A DNA stretch of 64,000 bases from Octopus bimaculoides. Its lineage: Eukaryota. The first letter of the stretch is position 1; every line of letters begins with the position of its first letter. The DNA lies in assembly GCF_001194135.2 (NCBI RefSeq), contig NC_069005.1, forward strand, positions 776,775-840,774, read 5' to 3'. The translations under genes were made by a program, and so were the position numbers. Below the pieces are notes generated by a model. It was not told the DNA's origin. It did no database searches and saw only the letters and a program-made list of their open reading frames with translations. Below are positions 63,635-64,000 of the stretch, piece after piece.

Positions 63635-63660
63635 GTATGTAAATTTTATTTATAGTTCAT

Positions 63661-64000
63661 GGTACGCTTGCATTAAATGAGGATGCAAAGAAAGAGGTCT
63701 GGAGATGCCACTACGATAGATTGCTTAATAAAGAGAATGAATGGGAGAAAGAGAGCCTGCCTTATGTCGACCCAATAGAGGGACCAGCTATCCGAGTTGA
63801 TAGTACCAGGGTAGATAAAGCAATTAAGAGTATGAAGACCGGGAAAGCCCCCGGCCCATCAGGAATCACTGCAGAGATGCTCAAAATATCTGGCAGTGTT
63901 GGCTATAGCCTAGTCACCCGTATTACGAACCAGGTGATACACGAAGGAGTCATACCCTATGACTGGTGTAGCAGCATCATAGTCAACTGCTACAAAGGTA
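63661..64000 (+). mobile_element. RTE-clade LINE, 5'-truncated, ORF open to the window edge (linker and start of the RT domain)
   Basis: Stop-free frame GTLALNEDAKKEVWRCHYDRLLN...AIKSMKTGKAPGPSGITAEMLK...EGVIPYDWCSSIIVNCYKG, with the KxGKAPGPxGIxAEMLK and PxDW...YKG pre-RT motifs. Confidence 0.92.

Noticed and set aside
63635-63660. ttttatttatag acceptor that could splice NCLX into the RTE frame
   Set aside because: The resulting intron would be about 21 nt, far below the spliceosomal minimum.
1-64000. CRISPR arrays, rRNA or tRNA genes, bacterial contamination or horizontal transfer
   Set aside because: No regularly spaced repeat-spacer array and no structural RNA gene was seen. All genes are intron-containing animal orthologues embedded in host-type repeats.

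Overview
AT-rich, intron-rich animal genomic DNA. The SINE families and the dense (TA)n/(CA)n/(CAT)n microsatellites look like Octopus; this is recognised from repeat sequence, not verified. The window has 11 N-gaps. I reconstructed four protein-coding genes exon by exon, with consistent splice phases. (1) ACSS3, minus strand: exon 1 only; the rest lies left of the window. (2) Ethanolamine kinase (ETNK1/eas-like), minus strand: complete, 8 exons, 367 aa. (3) TMEM19, minus strand: complete, 6 exons, 339 aa. (4) The mitochondrial Na+(Li+)/Ca2+ exchanger NCLX (SLC8B1), plus strand: 14 internal exons (474 codons); the first coding exon was not located and the 3' end lies beyond the window. The rest is SINEs, RTE LINE pieces (one with an intact open frame), a Penelope-like GIY-YIG remnant, Tc1/mariner remnants and several MITEs. 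The strongest unusual signal is two GT-AG U12-type (minor spliceosome) introns in NCLX, both at the ion-transport alpha-repeats. Also notable: all four genes have human orthologues on chr12, there is a 380-bp foldback palindrome, and there is a possible non-AUG N-terminal segment for NCLX. I found no prokaryote-type system (CRISPR, operon, etc.) and no clearly novel protein family.
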